Part shown: piece by piece, positions 24,249 to 36,997 of the stretch | How the letters are laid out: the number at the start of each line of letters is the position of its first letter | Numbering within the stretch: the first letter of the stretch is position 1 | DNA from: Tachypleus tridentatus | Taxonomy: Eukaryota | Length of the DNA stretch: 64,000 bases | Reading direction: 5' to 3' | NCBI RefSeq assembly: GCF_004210375.1 | Contig: NC_134837.1 | Span: forward strand, 115,816,421-115,880,420 | Translations under genes and position numbers: made by a program | The notes under the pieces: model-generated | What the model was told of the DNA's origin: nothing | Database searches by the model: none | The model's input: the letters and a program-made list of their open reading frames with translations, nothing else

Positions 24249-24444
24249 GATAATTCTTGGTCCTGATAAAATGGTAATAGTACCACCACGCCACTACTGC
24301 GTCATACAAAACCCTGTTGTGCGTGGAGATGATCATTCAATACAGTATGATGCAGCTGGCTAAGTTAAGCTGCAGCATGCAGACCTGGAAATTAGATTGG
24401 AGCAAGAACCATTCCCTCTATACCCTGGAGAAGTCCTACACTTG
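24249..24444 (+). CDS. MVP: MVP exon 2 (acceptor 'caatcaag|g', donor 'cttg|gtaatg'). It contains an in-frame TAA at 24361-24363
   Basis: It reads '[65 protein letters not shown]' against human '[66 protein letters not shown]'. The stop falls at the human Gln position. Confidence 0.8.
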
Positions 24445-25708
24445 GTAATGATAATTTTGATTATACTTCATTGCATAAGATTATGTAATTCTTTAACAAG
24501 TTATTACAGAATGAGTAGGGTTTTTGGTTTTAATAAGTGTTAATAATTGTTTCTTTTAATAAATTGAAAGACAGTCATAAACAAAGGATAAAATGTGAAC
24601 CCACATTTTGAAAGAACTAAATGATTCTTTAATAGTAAAGTATATTTATGATTAGAGTGATAGTAAGTTAAATTATTTGGTAGAGGATTCCAATAGGAAG
24701 AGTGTATATCAGGTTTTGACTTCACCTTGTTCATTGTATGCTGCTGCTGATGAGGCCTTTAACTCAACGTTACTTAAGTAAATTTTATATAAAACAGAAT
24801 AATATTGTAAGGTGTTGAATGTCTCCTGTTGGCAGAGCTAGGCTTTTAATAGTAATCTGTATCTATTGCACTTAAATATCATGCTCCAACAGCAAGTGTA
24901 ACTTGAACCAAAAACATTAATGGAGACTTCACAGAAGGGATATTTAGTTCAACTTGAATGAGAAACTTGGTCTGTGGTTATTTTCTGTTAAGGAAAATTT
25001 CAACATTACATGGAATATTTTGCATTTTAATTTATTGTTATTTTTGTATTGATGGATAATTTTGCTGGTAAGTCATTCAAAAAGGAAAAGGCACATCTAA
25101 AATTAAAGACCTATGTGCCAGGTAACCTTAATAGGCCTTTGATAGTGATACAGTAAATCAAAATTTATGTAAACATGTCTGATTTATGCCAAAATAATAA
25201 TTATATATTTTATATGTGAAAATCAATTAGGAATTTTGGTCAGTTTCATTGAACAGTGAGTAAAATGTCAGCTAATCACAAAAGATAATCATTCTATGGT
25301 GATGTTTTTTCAAGGCACAGTTACACCTGATTTTATCCTTTTTTATTCATACAATCTTGTTACTTTGCTTTACAATTTTATCTTTAAAAAAAAAAGGTAA
25401 TGTTTTATTTCTAAATCTTGAGAAAGATGATACACAAATCATCATATCTTAAAAAGGCCATATTCAATATGCTAAATAAAGACAGTTCTATGTTAATTAC
25501 TTCCTGATGATTTGCTTTTAATACACAATTTTTAATATCAAATTTTCCATGTAAATATATTTTCTTATGAAAGGAGGGTAGAGCAGTATGTTGTTGGTCA
25601 AACAACAACAGTTAACTCATACAAACTTTTCTAGACTTTAGTGTTTAGTTAAAACACAAAATAGAACATTAATGTGTATAATTTACACTTTTGGTGTGTT
25701 ATTTTTAG

Positions 25709-25829
25709 GATGTTACGCTTCTGAAAGTTGTGCCATCAAACACAGCTCTTAGATTACAGGCACTAAGAGATTTTGAAGATGGTACTGACAAGAAAGTTGC
25801 TGGTGATGAGTGGTTATTTGAAGGACCAG
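25709..25829 (+). CDS. MVP: MVP exon 3 (acceptor 'atttttag|g', donor 'ccag|gtagaa', phase 1)
   Basis: '[40 protein letters not shown](G)' against human '[42 protein letters not shown]'. Confidence 0.85.
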
Positions 25830-25889
25830 GTAGAAATATGTTTTTATATGGTTATTAGATATGAATATTTTTCTTGATCAAGATGATTG

Positions 25890-27560
25890 AAGATAATATA
25901 TATGTTTCTAATATCTCCAGTTGCAAGATTATCTAGTCATGTTCAGTGCTGCACTCTATATGCAAACTTTTTCTGTACACATCCTCAAGCCTTACACTTC
26001 CCCCTGTTGGAACTGGAAGATTCCAACATATTTCTCCTGCAAATCATTGTGCATTATCTCTTAACCAATAGGAGCATGACATGCTCATGTGATGCATGTA
26101 GCTTCCTTTACACTTCTCTCGAAGTATAACTTCTTGTTTGGCAGAGTTGGAGTTTTGACATGCCTTTTTGTGTCTTTTTTGCTTCATGCTTGATGTTGCT
26201 TTCTTCCTTAGGTGGTTACTTTTCAATTTAATTTAATTTACTCAACTTAGGTGCAGAGAAAAAAAACAACTTTAATGAATTGATAAAAACAATTATAATA
26301 ACTGTGTTTGGTGTAAACATTCTGTGCTATGAATTGTGAAGTTCATATTTACACTTTTATGGTTACAGGCCTCAGGTGTGGAACAATGACGGATTAATTT
26401 GTTTTATGCATCAGGAGATTGAATGTTACATAGTCCATTCTTTCTACCCAGCCTTCTCCATGGCTTCTCCCTCCCTCCTTCATTGACCTCGATTTACATG
26501 TTCTACATCCCAACCTTCATATTCTGTCTTCACACTTACCTTTTGTCTAGACCTTGGCAACATTATCTGGTTTCACACATTGTGTCACTTCCTTGCTAGC
26601 TAGCCCCAATCTGCCCATTTTACACGGTGGTGTGTAAGATGAGAGTGGCTGGTCTTCCACAATAGATATATTTCTGATGACTAGCCTTCCCTGGCTTGTG
26701 TGGTAGGCATTCATTACTGGGTCTTCATTCTTGCTTTCCATTTTTCCAATACCATTATATTTCTGCTTTTCCTGTTCTTCTCATGCTCATGAGGGTTAAT
26801 CATTCTCTTACATTACTTCCATTTGAACCACTTTTTAATGTTCAGTGTTACATTTTTCCCATACAAAATAATTCTTTCTCTTAGCCTGTGGATATCATGG
26901 GTCAGATTTGTTTTCCATTGACATTTTACACACACTTCTCCAACTGTTCCTCCTTTTCTTCTATCTCCTTTCCTTTTCTTTCCCATTTTTAACTTGTACT
27001 GAATCTGAATAAGCTTACATGACCAGTCAGGGCTCTTCATTCCTCTAGAGCTTGTTTTGTTATTTTCAGGATACATGTTTCTGACTATTTATTTCCTGGC
27101 AGTTATCATTTCTTTTTTAATTTCACACTCTCTCTTCACCAGTTTGGTCCATCTTTTGGTTAAAATGGCTTTTTTATCTGTACTATTCTTCCTCACAGGT
27201 TTGTTTGTCCACCTTCAATTTGATCCCACACCTTAATGTTTCCCTCATTTCTCCTTCTGAATGTGGGATTCTGGGTAATCTTGTGAGAGCAGGTAAATTT
27301 TGTATCAGAAGTTATAATTTTCCGATACTGAAAATATATTTCTGATGGTGCACTTGCATCCTTTCAAACTTCCCACCCTTTCACCCCACATTTATTCAAT
27401 GCTGGCATCTTCTGCCAAACTTTGAAGTGATAGTTTAGTAGATGAGCATAGAGGGAGCCACATGCATCACATAATCATGTCATGCTCTTATTAATTAAGA
27501 TGTGATGCATGATAATTTGTGTGAGAACTGGGGAAGAGGAGCAGAAGGCTTGTTGCATGC
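25890..27560 (+). mobile_element. R1-family copy 2, internally deleted, keeping the 5' segment and 3' terminus
   Basis: The 5' segment 'cttaaccaat.g.agcatgaca.gctca.tga' matches 11150-11230. The 3' terminus 'cttcccaccc...caaactttgaagtgatagtttagtagatgag...ccacatgcatcacat' matches 15730-15830 and 30850-30960. Confidence 0.65.
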
Positions 27561-27590
27561 ATGGAGTAAGAGGTTTGCATAAACAGTTAC

Positions 27591-28170
27591 AACAGAAAGT
27601 GTTTGTACCCCTGCGTCCCGAGTGGTTTTTTGCGCATAACTTAAAAAGTATCATGATTAGGCTAGTAGAAGTATAGTATATTATAAATTCATACTAATGC
27701 ACATCTACATAAATTTTCATGTAAATTAAACAACAAATAAATTGTTTATAAACAACCAAAAATAGGAGGAGCAGAAAGTGTTTGTACATTTCAGAATGTG
27801 TAAAAAAACTGATATTCCCGTAAAAATTTTGTTTAGTTTGGTGAATAAACTACATTATACCATTCCAGAACTAGACACTGGCTTCATAATTATTGGAATT
27901 TAGCCAGCAAAAATGTACTTCCAGCAATTTGACACTGTCTCTGTCATTATCTGCTTGGTGATTATGGCAAATAGGCGCCCCAACAAAATTCCAGAGAGAA
28001 CCAAGAGGAAGGTTCTCAGAGAAGTTAGTAGGAACCCTCGTTTAACACGTAATGACATACAGAAAATGGTAAGGGAGACTGGGGTTGAAGTAAGCACCTC
28101 TACAGTTACAAACATGTTACGATCTTCTGGGTTCAAAGCATGCTGTCCTCGTAGAACTCCATATTGAAAC
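27591..28170 (+). mobile_element. 5' half of a Tc1-like element of IR/DR type (outer and inner direct repeats about 178 bp apart) with the transposase N-terminus. The 3' half is absent
   Basis: 'cagaaagtgtttgtac' occurs at 27593 and again at 27771, the outer and inner direct-repeat arrangement seen in Sleeping-Beauty-type Tc1 elements. The ORF at 27958-28165 reads 'RRPNKIPERTKRKVLREVSRNPRLTRNDIQKMVRETGVEVSTSTVTNMLRSSGFKA', a Tc1 transposase paired-like DNA-binding N-terminus. Confidence 0.65.
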
Positions 28171-29186
28171 CCTCAGGTCTCAAATACTATGATCTTGACT
28201 ACAAAACTGCAGTCAGATAGAAGTAATTATTTCTTCATATATCAAGTATATATGCTGCATTTTGTTTTGTTTGTTAAATACAGATTGTTTTTTCAGTCCC
28301 ATTATTACATAACATTTAAAAATAATTATCTGATCAAACTCTCCTTAATTCTTGAATGTATCTATAGTTCTTTTGAAGGTCTGCCTTTCTGATAATTTTT
28401 GAAGAATCTGCAGTTTTAACCTACAAATATCACAGGTTTTACCTTTAAAACAGTATGAATATAATTTTTTTTAAATAAATAAAACAGTCAGTATATATGT
28501 AATTTCTTATTATTTCATGCTGATGCATCTTTACTGAAATTTTAGAAATATTGGTTTGAATAATCAAACAAAATGTGTTATAATGAAGCACATGACTAAT
28601 TATGTTTTCTGAATTCAGCATATTTTTATGTAATATATAGGTATTCTTTCATAGGACATACTTTAAAATAATGAAGTTTACAATACTAACTACAAGGAAG
28701 AAATGTATAAATATGATTTTCTTTCAGAGTTTGAATTTCTCAATTACTCAACAGTATAAAATTTTGTAGATCCTAATGACAATAAGGTAATTAATTAAAA
28801 TCAGTTTGACTAAGTTTTTTTTTTTTTAATTGTTTCTCAGAATTGCTCTGTTACAAATTTAAAATTGCAGAAAAGTAAAACTAGCATTTCTGGCCTCTTG
28901 GTAGTGAAACAAGATTTCAGATGCAGTTATTAGGCATTATAAACTGCATTGCTTCACCATTTTCAACATCAACTTTCTAAGATTGCATATAAATAGCATT
29001 CCGTATAGATTTTTAACCACCATATATCCAACTAGCTTGATTTAAATGAAAGATAAAAAAAAAAATCTAAAACATGAATTTATTTACAAGTATTTGTTGT
29101 GATCTGTTTTTTTGCATTATTATCATAAGGGTTTTTCTCCACAACATTGAGTTAATACTGTTGTTTTAACTAACTTCTGATATTAG

Positions 29187-29413
29187 GGACCTATATTCCT
29201 CGAAAGGAAGTTGTTGTTTTGGAAACGCTGAAAGCTTGTGTTATTAAACCAAACCAGGCCCTGAAACTTCGTGCTCGCATAGAGACTAGAGATCGAGATG
29301 GTAAAATGAGGTTCTGTGGAGAAGAATGGCTAGTCAGGAAAACAGGTGCTTACTTACCAGGTGCTTATGAAGAAGTTGTAGAAATTGTTGATGCCATTGT
29401 TTTAACAGAAAAG
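29187..29413 (+). CDS. MVP: MVP exon 4 (acceptor 'tattag|gg', donor 'aag|gtgaac')
   Basis: '(G)[75 protein letters not shown]' against human '[75 protein letters not shown]'. Confidence 0.85.
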
Positions 29414-30659
29414 GTGAACAAATTATAACTCTCTTTAGTTCTTGCATTAAACTTGGATACTGGTTTACTCTTACTTGGTATTTATTAATGTAATGAAAAA
29501 TCTCTTACCCATGTGCATTTTGGTATGAATTAATTTGAGGCCTAAATTTACCAATAAAGTAAGCATGTATTCATTTGAGATTTGAACAAACAAAGGCAAA
29601 CCAATGTCTGAATTTGATTATAATGAAATGATTATTTCTTGTATTAGGTAATAATCTAATCATAATGTACATGCCAAGCCTTCATCTTGAGAGAACAAAA
29701 AACTGAAATTACCAACATTTATTATTGCACAAATTTTACATGATTTTACATGATTATTTGCATGAAAGACATGTTGGAATCTTTGTTTCTATATTCTCTC
29801 ACTTGTTTTAAAATGAGTAATTACAAGCAAATAATTTAAAATGTGTTCATAAATTACTTTATTCAACAGGCATGGTAAAAACTTGTAACTTTGAGCAACA
29901 ATTAAGTTATTAAGACTGGTTGATTTTTCATGGCTCCAGTGCATTAGATCTGTGTGTGACATATTCATGATGTCATATCTGTACCCTAAGAATGGAGAAA
30001 AATAAAGTTCTTCATGATGGGAAATAGAGGCAAAATGGGAAAATCATAACTCCTATTACAAATTTACATGCATGCACGATAAACAATTTTGCAAAGTTGG
30101 AGGTTGCACATTGCATAATAAAGATATTTTTCCAGTATCATATAAACAAGAGTTCCATTATAGTATGACATTCAAAAATATAGGATGGAAAGTCAATTTT
30201 ATAAATCACAGAAGATATCCAACAACTCAGTAAGTTTAAAAGGTAAGTCTACTTTCTTAAAGGTTGTATTTTATTGTAAGTTGTAGCAAATAAATTTAAC
30301 ACCCATTTGTCTTAAAGAAAATAGTTGAGGTTAACTGTGGTGGATGAAACCAAAAATTATATTTAATAGTGTATAATGAGCTTCCCTATGTGAGTTGTTG
30401 AATAGATATTGCCATATTTAGTACATTGTTATAAAATGTTAAATTGAATTTTTAAGTTTTACTAACAGATACCCATTGAAATAATTCGAATTGTAAATCT
30501 TTTGTCACTGTAGCATGTGTTATATTTGCAAGAAAAATTGTATTGTTTTGCTTTTATGCAAACAAGACTGACTACAATTTTCTGTTTGGAAAAAAAAATA
30601 TTTGGGTTTCATTACAATGGGTGTATACAGCACAGTAGAGCACTCAAGTTGGCTATTTA

Positions 30660-31150
30660 GCTGCACAAATGTTTCCACTTGATACCACCATTCTTTGTCA
30701 TGTTACCACATACAAGAAGAAACTGCTACCAAAATGCATCTGTTTTTCCTTTACACTGGTCCATCCTCCTTTTCAGTGTGGGATTCTAGCTAATCTTGTG
30801 AGAGGAAAGACATCCCATATCAGAAAATACAACTTTCCTATACTGAAAATGTACTTTCAGCAAGTACTTCCCACCCTCCTCCCCACAATGCTTATGTAAA
30901 CTGCTAAACTTTTGAAGTAATGGTTTGATAGTGGTGTATAAAATCACATGCATCATGTGATAGTAGCGCTCTACTATTGATGGAGAAATGACTCATGATT
31001 ATTTGCATGAGACATGTTGGAATCTTTGATTCCAATAGGGAAGGCAAAGAAGGCTTGTGAGATGATATAAAAAAGTTTACATATAGAGGACAGCACAAAA
31101 TAAGAAAAGCTAATCTTGTGAGAAGAGTGAAGTACCATTTGGAAATAAAT
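30660..31150 (+). mobile_element. R1-family copy 3, 3'-terminal about 0.5 kb only
   Basis: 'gtgtgggattctagctaatcttgtgagag...cttcccaccctcctccccaca...ctaaacttttgaagtaatggtttgatagtggtgtataaaatcacatgcatcat...tgcatgagacatgttggaatctttg' is shared with 15730-16000 and 27240-27560. Confidence 0.7.
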
Positions 31151-31324
31151 TTTGAGTATGGAAAATTGAGTTTATTGTTTTGTTGTCTTTAAAAATGTGT
31201 CTAACTAATAATTCTGCCACATAATTTGAATATCATTTGGTTAATGAGTAATTCACGTTACCCATTTGAATTATATAATGCATGAGTTACTCGTAAACAT
31301 ACCATGTGAATAATTTTTATTATA

Positions 31325-32636
31325 CAGGCAAAACCCGCTTCACGCAAGTTATTTATCCCAATTTTTACTCGCATAAGACAAATTCATGTTAAGCAATTAA
31401 TAGAATCAATGGGAATAATTACAATGAATCCCTGCCCTTTCAGATCATTCATCAAGACTTATAAAATGCATTTTTAAAAACAGCTTTTTGGTGCATATTA
31501 TGCCAAAACTATTAAGGTAAATAAAAAAAATAATTGTTATTTTTCTTAGAAAAATATTTGTCCAAAGTTGACTACACAGATTTTTTTTTTCTCATTATAC
31601 AATTTGCTATAGCTAGCAATCACTTTTTCCAAATTTTTGCAGACTTCCATGTTAAGATTGACATTTAGATAAAACTACTGGTAGAGTTTGTCTGGTAATC
31701 CCTTTTTAAAGCATAGGGATTCAGAGTACGGTACACTAGCATAGGCTTAAGTTTTAAGTCCCCTTCTACATTGCCTCCTAATAAAAGGGTAAGTCAATCT
31801 TTGGGAGCTTCGTATCCTGGTTGAGATGCTTCATCTTTAGCTAAAAAAGTTTCTGATGGCATTCTTTTCCAGAATAGACCCATTTCATCAACATTAAATA
31901 TTTGCTTATCATAGTAATTGGTGCCTTCAACAATATTTTGAAAAATGTCTGGAAATTTTGCAGCAGCATTTTTATCAATACAAGCAGCTCCCCATGTAAT
32001 TTTTACATTATGTAATCCTATTTGATGTTTAAAGCAGTCAAACCAACCTAAACTTCTAGCAAAAATTTCCATATCCCCTTGAAATTTATTTTCTTTGAGC
32101 ATCAAAAGATCTTGAAAGCTTTGGTTTGAATGTTTTTTGTGCAAAGTGGTATTTCCTTTTGGTTACAATATCATCAATCCAAAGATGAATTAATCATTCC
32201 ATTTCAATCATTAATGGACTTCTGTTTTGAGTAATTTATATGCTTAGAGAAACTGATGCATTTTTATGTTTGGCTTCTTACTTAAAATTGTGCATACCGT
32301 TGACTCATTGTAGCTCAGATTGTGTCCAATTTTCACATTGCTGGCACTGTCTTCATGTTACTTAATAAAATGAAATAAAAGCAGGCAGAGACACACTGCT
32401 ATCACATATGAGTCTCAAGGTGACTGTGCAAAAACTGAGCCTGACTGTCATTTGTGCATATTTTATTTAGGGTTATTCACACAATCTACTTGTAACTCAA
32501 GTTTTCCAGAAATTTCCAGAAAGATCTCATGATAACTTAATAATTATATGCATAAAACAGGAAATGGTCTCAGTTTTCCAAATCGCAGTAACTGAATTCC
32601 AGGTTGATTGAAGTACTGTATAGTGGGGTTTGCCTG
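31325..32636 (-). mobile_element. pogo/Tigger-like DNA transposon of about 1.3 kb, deleted, with terminal inverted repeats and TA target-site duplications. A transposase DDE-domain fragment lies on the minus strand at 31794-32144
   Basis: The left end '[ta]CAGGCAAAACCCGCTTCACGC' and the right end 'ctgtatagtggggtttgcctg[ta]', whose reverse complement is CAGGCAAACCCCACTATACAG, form the inverted repeat. The minus-strand ORF reads 'GWFDCFKHQIGLHNVKITWGAACIDKNAAAKFPDIFQNIVEGTNYYDKQIFNVDEMGLFWKRMPSETFLAKDEASQPGYEAPKD', matching the Tigger/pogo 'IFNxDETGLFW...' block. Confidence 0.8.
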
Positions 32637-34170
32637 TAATTAATCTTACTTAATCTAATCTAACAAGTTTCTAACTTTTACATTTTAGTTACTTTTACAA
32701 TAATAAGACTACACATGAAAAACAAAAGATTTAATTCTTACTAGGGTCTACATTTTCTCTGCTGTCAACTGTTGATGAAACTTAAGCCTATTTTTTTTAT
32801 ACTGCTGCTACTACTGCACTAAATAATTTTTTATTTAATTAAATACTGCAGCAGAAAAAACAAGATAATAACAAGTAACAAGCAGACAATGTTTTATAGC
32901 TTTCATAATTTTTTTGGCTTTAAAGTTTTGAAGTTATAACTATGCATGAAGGGCCATCAAAAATTCAGCTAAACTGTTTCATATGGGAATAAAGTTTGAA
33001 ACGAAAGTGAAATAGACAACTTTCTGTACAGCTGGATGTGGCAAGAGAAGTCTAATGTTTTTAGTTTGTCTCAGTAACCAAATAAAATTGAAGGCTCTAA
33101 AAATTATGCTTTACTACTTGCATAATAACAATATTGAATTAATTAATTTGCATTAAATTCCATACTCCTCCAAGTGGTGCTAAATAAATTAGAAAAGAAG
33201 GGAGATCTAAAAGAGTAAATTTTCATACTAGGGGAGATTAAGAATTTTTAAAAATATATCCTTACAAAGATAAGAACTTAAAATTAATTTAATTAATATT
33301 AAAATTTGATTTATTAGCTACATTTTGCTGCCATGTTCATTCACATTCATTGATAAAGTAGTTTTATTAAATTTTGAATGTAACCCTATAGAAGGTTCTG
33401 ACATTCACAATTGTCTATTTTGACTTTGTTTGAAATTGTTTCTCACAGTCTTCAGATTGACAGGCTTAATTTTTAAGTAAGAATTAAAGGCATGCTGAAA
33501 TTACAAAGCCATAAAAATTATGATAATTACAGGACATTGTTTGTTTTGTGAATGTTACTATTCTGTGTTCTCAGATGCATTATTTAAGTTTTTTCTGAAA
33601 AACATTTAATATTTATTTAGGAGGTTTCAAATATTACATGATAGAAATTTGGTAATTTTCAGATGAAGAAAGGGATTTTAAATCTTAACATAAAAATCAC
33701 TTTTACCAATTAACATTCTAACTATATATATTCACAGATACATGTTTAGTAAAAATTTTGATTTATAAAATCTGAATTTTTTGTTTTAAACAAAAGATGA
33801 TGTTTAGTGAAAGCTTGCCAGATTTATTGAAAATATACAAAACCTGTGTGATCACTTTGGGTTCACAAGGCTCAGTCAAGTTGATTGGGCATATAGTGAG
33901 AAAGTTAACCTCTCTTGGTTCAAACAACAAATAAAAAAATTTGGAAGTGTTATTCTGTTGTTTCTTTCAGTTGGGTGGGAACAAATTTAGAGTACTCTGC
34001 AATGGTTGGAGATTTCATTTCTTTTTTTTTTATTTATTAACATTTAAACAAAAACACCATGATAAAGAAAATATTTAAAATACTGTTCTTCTGTGAAATC
34101 TTTATACAGTTAGTTCATGGTAGCTCTTGTTACTTGATAAAAGTTTTGGTATTGAAATATTTTATTCCAG

Positions 34171-34407
34171 GAAGCAGTACACGTGAGAGCAACCAGAACT
34201 TTCCAGGATGACCTAGGTGTACTAAGGAAGAATGGAGAAGAGTGGTTGGTTAAGTTGTCAGACACAGAAACTTACATTCCAGGAGTGTATGAACAAGTGA
34301 TTGGGGTTGTGCCAATTACAACATTGTCTAATCGTCAATATTGTGTCATACTTGATCCTGTTGGTGAAGATGGGAAGCCACAACTTGGTCAGAAAAAGCT
34401 GGTTAAG
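34171..34407 (+). CDS. MVP: MVP exon 5 (acceptor 'tttattccag|', donor 'aag|gtacat')
   Basis: '[79 protein letters not shown]' against human '[79 protein letters not shown]'. Confidence 0.85.
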
Positions 34408-34608
34408 GTACATTTGGTTTTTTGTAAGTGAATAAATAGAAAAGTCTTAATAGCTTCTAATGTGAATGATATTTTTTTATTAATCATTTTATGTTGTACA
34501 ATAGACAAGAAAGTAAATGATTCACATTGATTTTAAATGTTATTTTCATCTTGAGTTTGAATGTTAGGAGTTAACTAAAACATTACTTTGAAGTTATACT
34601 TCTAATTC

Positions 34609-36806
34609 CAGGGGCTCCAAATTAAGGTCCACGACTTTGGTTTATCCAACCTGCCAACAGTTTATTAAAGTAATAATATAATTTTTGAATATTATAAAAA
34701 TAAAACATAACTGAGCAAAATGCAATTTAGGTGGAATACACTTTCCTATTTGCTGGAAAATATCATATTACTTGGCATTGTGTCATCTCACTTATCAATC
34801 CCAATGCCCTGAAGCAGCATGTTTCTTCCCACACCTGCCCCATGTATCTCAGTATGTGTCAGTGAATGCTGCTGTTTACTTTGTGTTCAAGTTCATAGCT
34901 ATTCTAAGTTATTATGTCAGGACAAGGGCAAACGAGGAAAGTTGGCCCTGAATGTCATATATTTAAAGAACAGTGGAGTGTTGGCTACTTTGTTTTTAGA
35001 CCACATAACAAAGTTTTGTGCTTGATATGCAACAAGACTGTCGTAGTGCTAAAATAATACAACATTCGTAGACATTACCTAACCAAGCACTCATCAAACT
35101 ATTCTCAGTTCACGGGAAAGTTATTATGTTCAGACAAATTTGAAATCTTGAAATGTAACTTATCGTCACAACAGTTTGTATTTAAGAGGAAAAAAAATGA
35201 GAATGAACCTGCAACAAGAGCAAGTTTCCGAGTGGCACATCTGTTAGTCAAGCGAGGAAAAACTTTTACCGATAGTGAGCTAATTAAATTATGTATGACT
35301 GAAGCAGCTGAAGAAATGTGCCCAGAGAAAGTAGACTTATATAAGACTTATTTTGGAGAAAACAGTTGCTTGTAGAGTCAAGGACATTGGAAATAATATT
35401 GTATCTCAACTGAAAGACAAGGCCAAAGATTTCAAGTGTTTTTCCATCTTGTTTGATGAGTCAACAGATGTGTCCAACACTTCATAGTTGCTGTTGTTTA
35501 TTAGCAGAGGCAATATTAATTTTGAAGTGACTGAAGAATTATCTTCTATGCACAGAATGCATGGAAAAACCACAGGTGAGGACATTAAATCACTAACTCC
35601 TAGAATGGAAATGGCTAAAATTTGTTACAACAGATGAGATAAAAATATATATGGTGCAGGAAAAGGTTTAGTTGGTCAAATTTACAAAGCTGTTGAAAGT
35701 GTAGGTTGTTCTAAGCCTATGGTGTTTTACTGCATTATTCATCAGCAGGCACTATGTGAAAAATATCTGGATCTGTCGTGTGTCATGGAACTTGTAGTTT
35801 CAACAGTGAGCTTCATTTGCTCTCATGGACTCAACCATCATCAATTCTGTGAATGTTTGACAGAAATAGAAGCATCATATCCTGACTTGCCCAACCATAC
35901 TTCAGTTCTATGGCTTAGCTGTGGGAAGGTTATGTTACGATTTTTTTAGCTCAGAACTGAGACTGAAATTTTCTTAAATGAAAAGAACTGCCCTTAACCA
36001 TTACTCACAGTGAATGTCTTTGGAAATTAGCTTTTTCTGTAGACTTGACCATGTACTTGAATGAATTCAGTTTGAGATTACAAGGCAAAACCACGCTTGT
36101 CTGCGATATGTACACTGAGGTAAAAGCATTCTGTGAAAACTAATTCTTTTTGAGTCCCAGCTGATGAGGAGCTGCTTCACACACTTTTCACATTGTGAGA
36201 AGTTCAAGGAGCGTTTTTCTGATCTTGATGCGAGAGCAACAGAAATAAGGGTCTTCCAAAACCTATTTGATTGTGTTATTGATGAACTGTCGCATGAATT
36301 TCAAATGAAAGTGATTTTATCCGCAATCCAACGATAATGTTGAAGAACAAATGCAAATAAGAGAAACTAACAGAGCTCTATAAATGCCTTCCAAGTGATC
36401 AGTGTGCTCATTTAAAAAAACTTTGCTCATGGTTTCATTTCAGTTTTTGTCACTACCTATTTCTGTGAAAGATATTTTTCAAAGATGATGTACATGAAAT
36501 CTGGTTGCAGATAGCCTTATCTGATAAGCATTTGCAGTCACTTTTGATCATAAGGAGCACTGAATCTGAACCTCAGTTTAGTGTAATTTTGACAGAAAAG
36601 TGCCAGTTTCATGCTTCTCGCTAATGCTAAAAAAAAATACAATCATACATCTTAAGTATTTTCATTATGTTTTTATGAGAAATAAATTGGTGATTTATTC
36701 TGATTATGTAGGCATCCCTACTTAATTTTACAATGACCCCTCTGGCCCGTGAAGTCTAAAATGACCTACCTCCCAGCCCTTGTCCAAAAAGGTTTGGAGA
36801 CTCTTG
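34609..36806 (+). mobile_element. Second hAT transposon of about 2.2 kb, a heavily decayed ZBED5/FAM200-like transposase. Terminal inverted repeats are CAGGGGCTCCAAA / CAAGAGTCTCCAAACC, with a putative 8-bp target-site duplication TTCTAATT/TTCTGATT (boundary ±1 bp)
   Basis: Decayed frames read '...DESTDVSNTS*LLLFISRGNINFEVTEELSSMHRMHGKTTGEDIKSLT', 'FYCIIHQQALCEKYLD', 'VLWLSCGKV' and '...FSHCEKFKERFSDLDARATEIRVFQNLF', all hAT-Charlie-like. The terminal repeats are similar to those of the first hAT. Confidence 0.65.
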
Positions 36807-36865
36807 TTCTGATTTGTTGTAAATGAAAAGATACTTATTTTTGCAATTTGTTTCTGCTTTTCTAG

Positions 36866-36997
36866 GGTGAAACTTCTTTCTTTCTTATGCCTGGTGAAAA
36901 GCTAGAAAATGGTATTCAAGATGTACATGTCATGGGAGAAGATGAAGGATTGATCCTGAGAGCAAAAGAGTCTTTTCTAGATGATACCATTCAACCA
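36866..36997 (+). CDS. MVP: MVP exon 6 (acceptor 'ttttctag|', donor 'cca|gtaatt')
   Basis: '[44 protein letters not shown]' against human '[41 protein letters not shown]..'. Confidence 0.8.

Noticed and set aside
24361-24363. The idea that the TAA at a conserved Gln means a ciliate-type nuclear code in which TAA and TAG encode Gln
   Set aside because: All other Gln positions in the thirteen remaining MVP exons use CAA or CAG. Every other exon ends cleanly without internal TAA or TAG. The introns are multi-kb with GT-AG boundaries and are full of metazoan transposons (hAT, Tc1, Tigger, LINE, SINE), which is nothing like a ciliate macronuclear genome. A single nonsense change or a sequencing error is far more parsimonious.
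24358-24378. The possibility that the TAA lies in a tiny intron ('gttaagctgcag') that would be spliced out
   Set aside because: The candidate intron would be about 12 nt, far below any functional intron size. Removing it would also delete residues that align to human (V-R/K-L).
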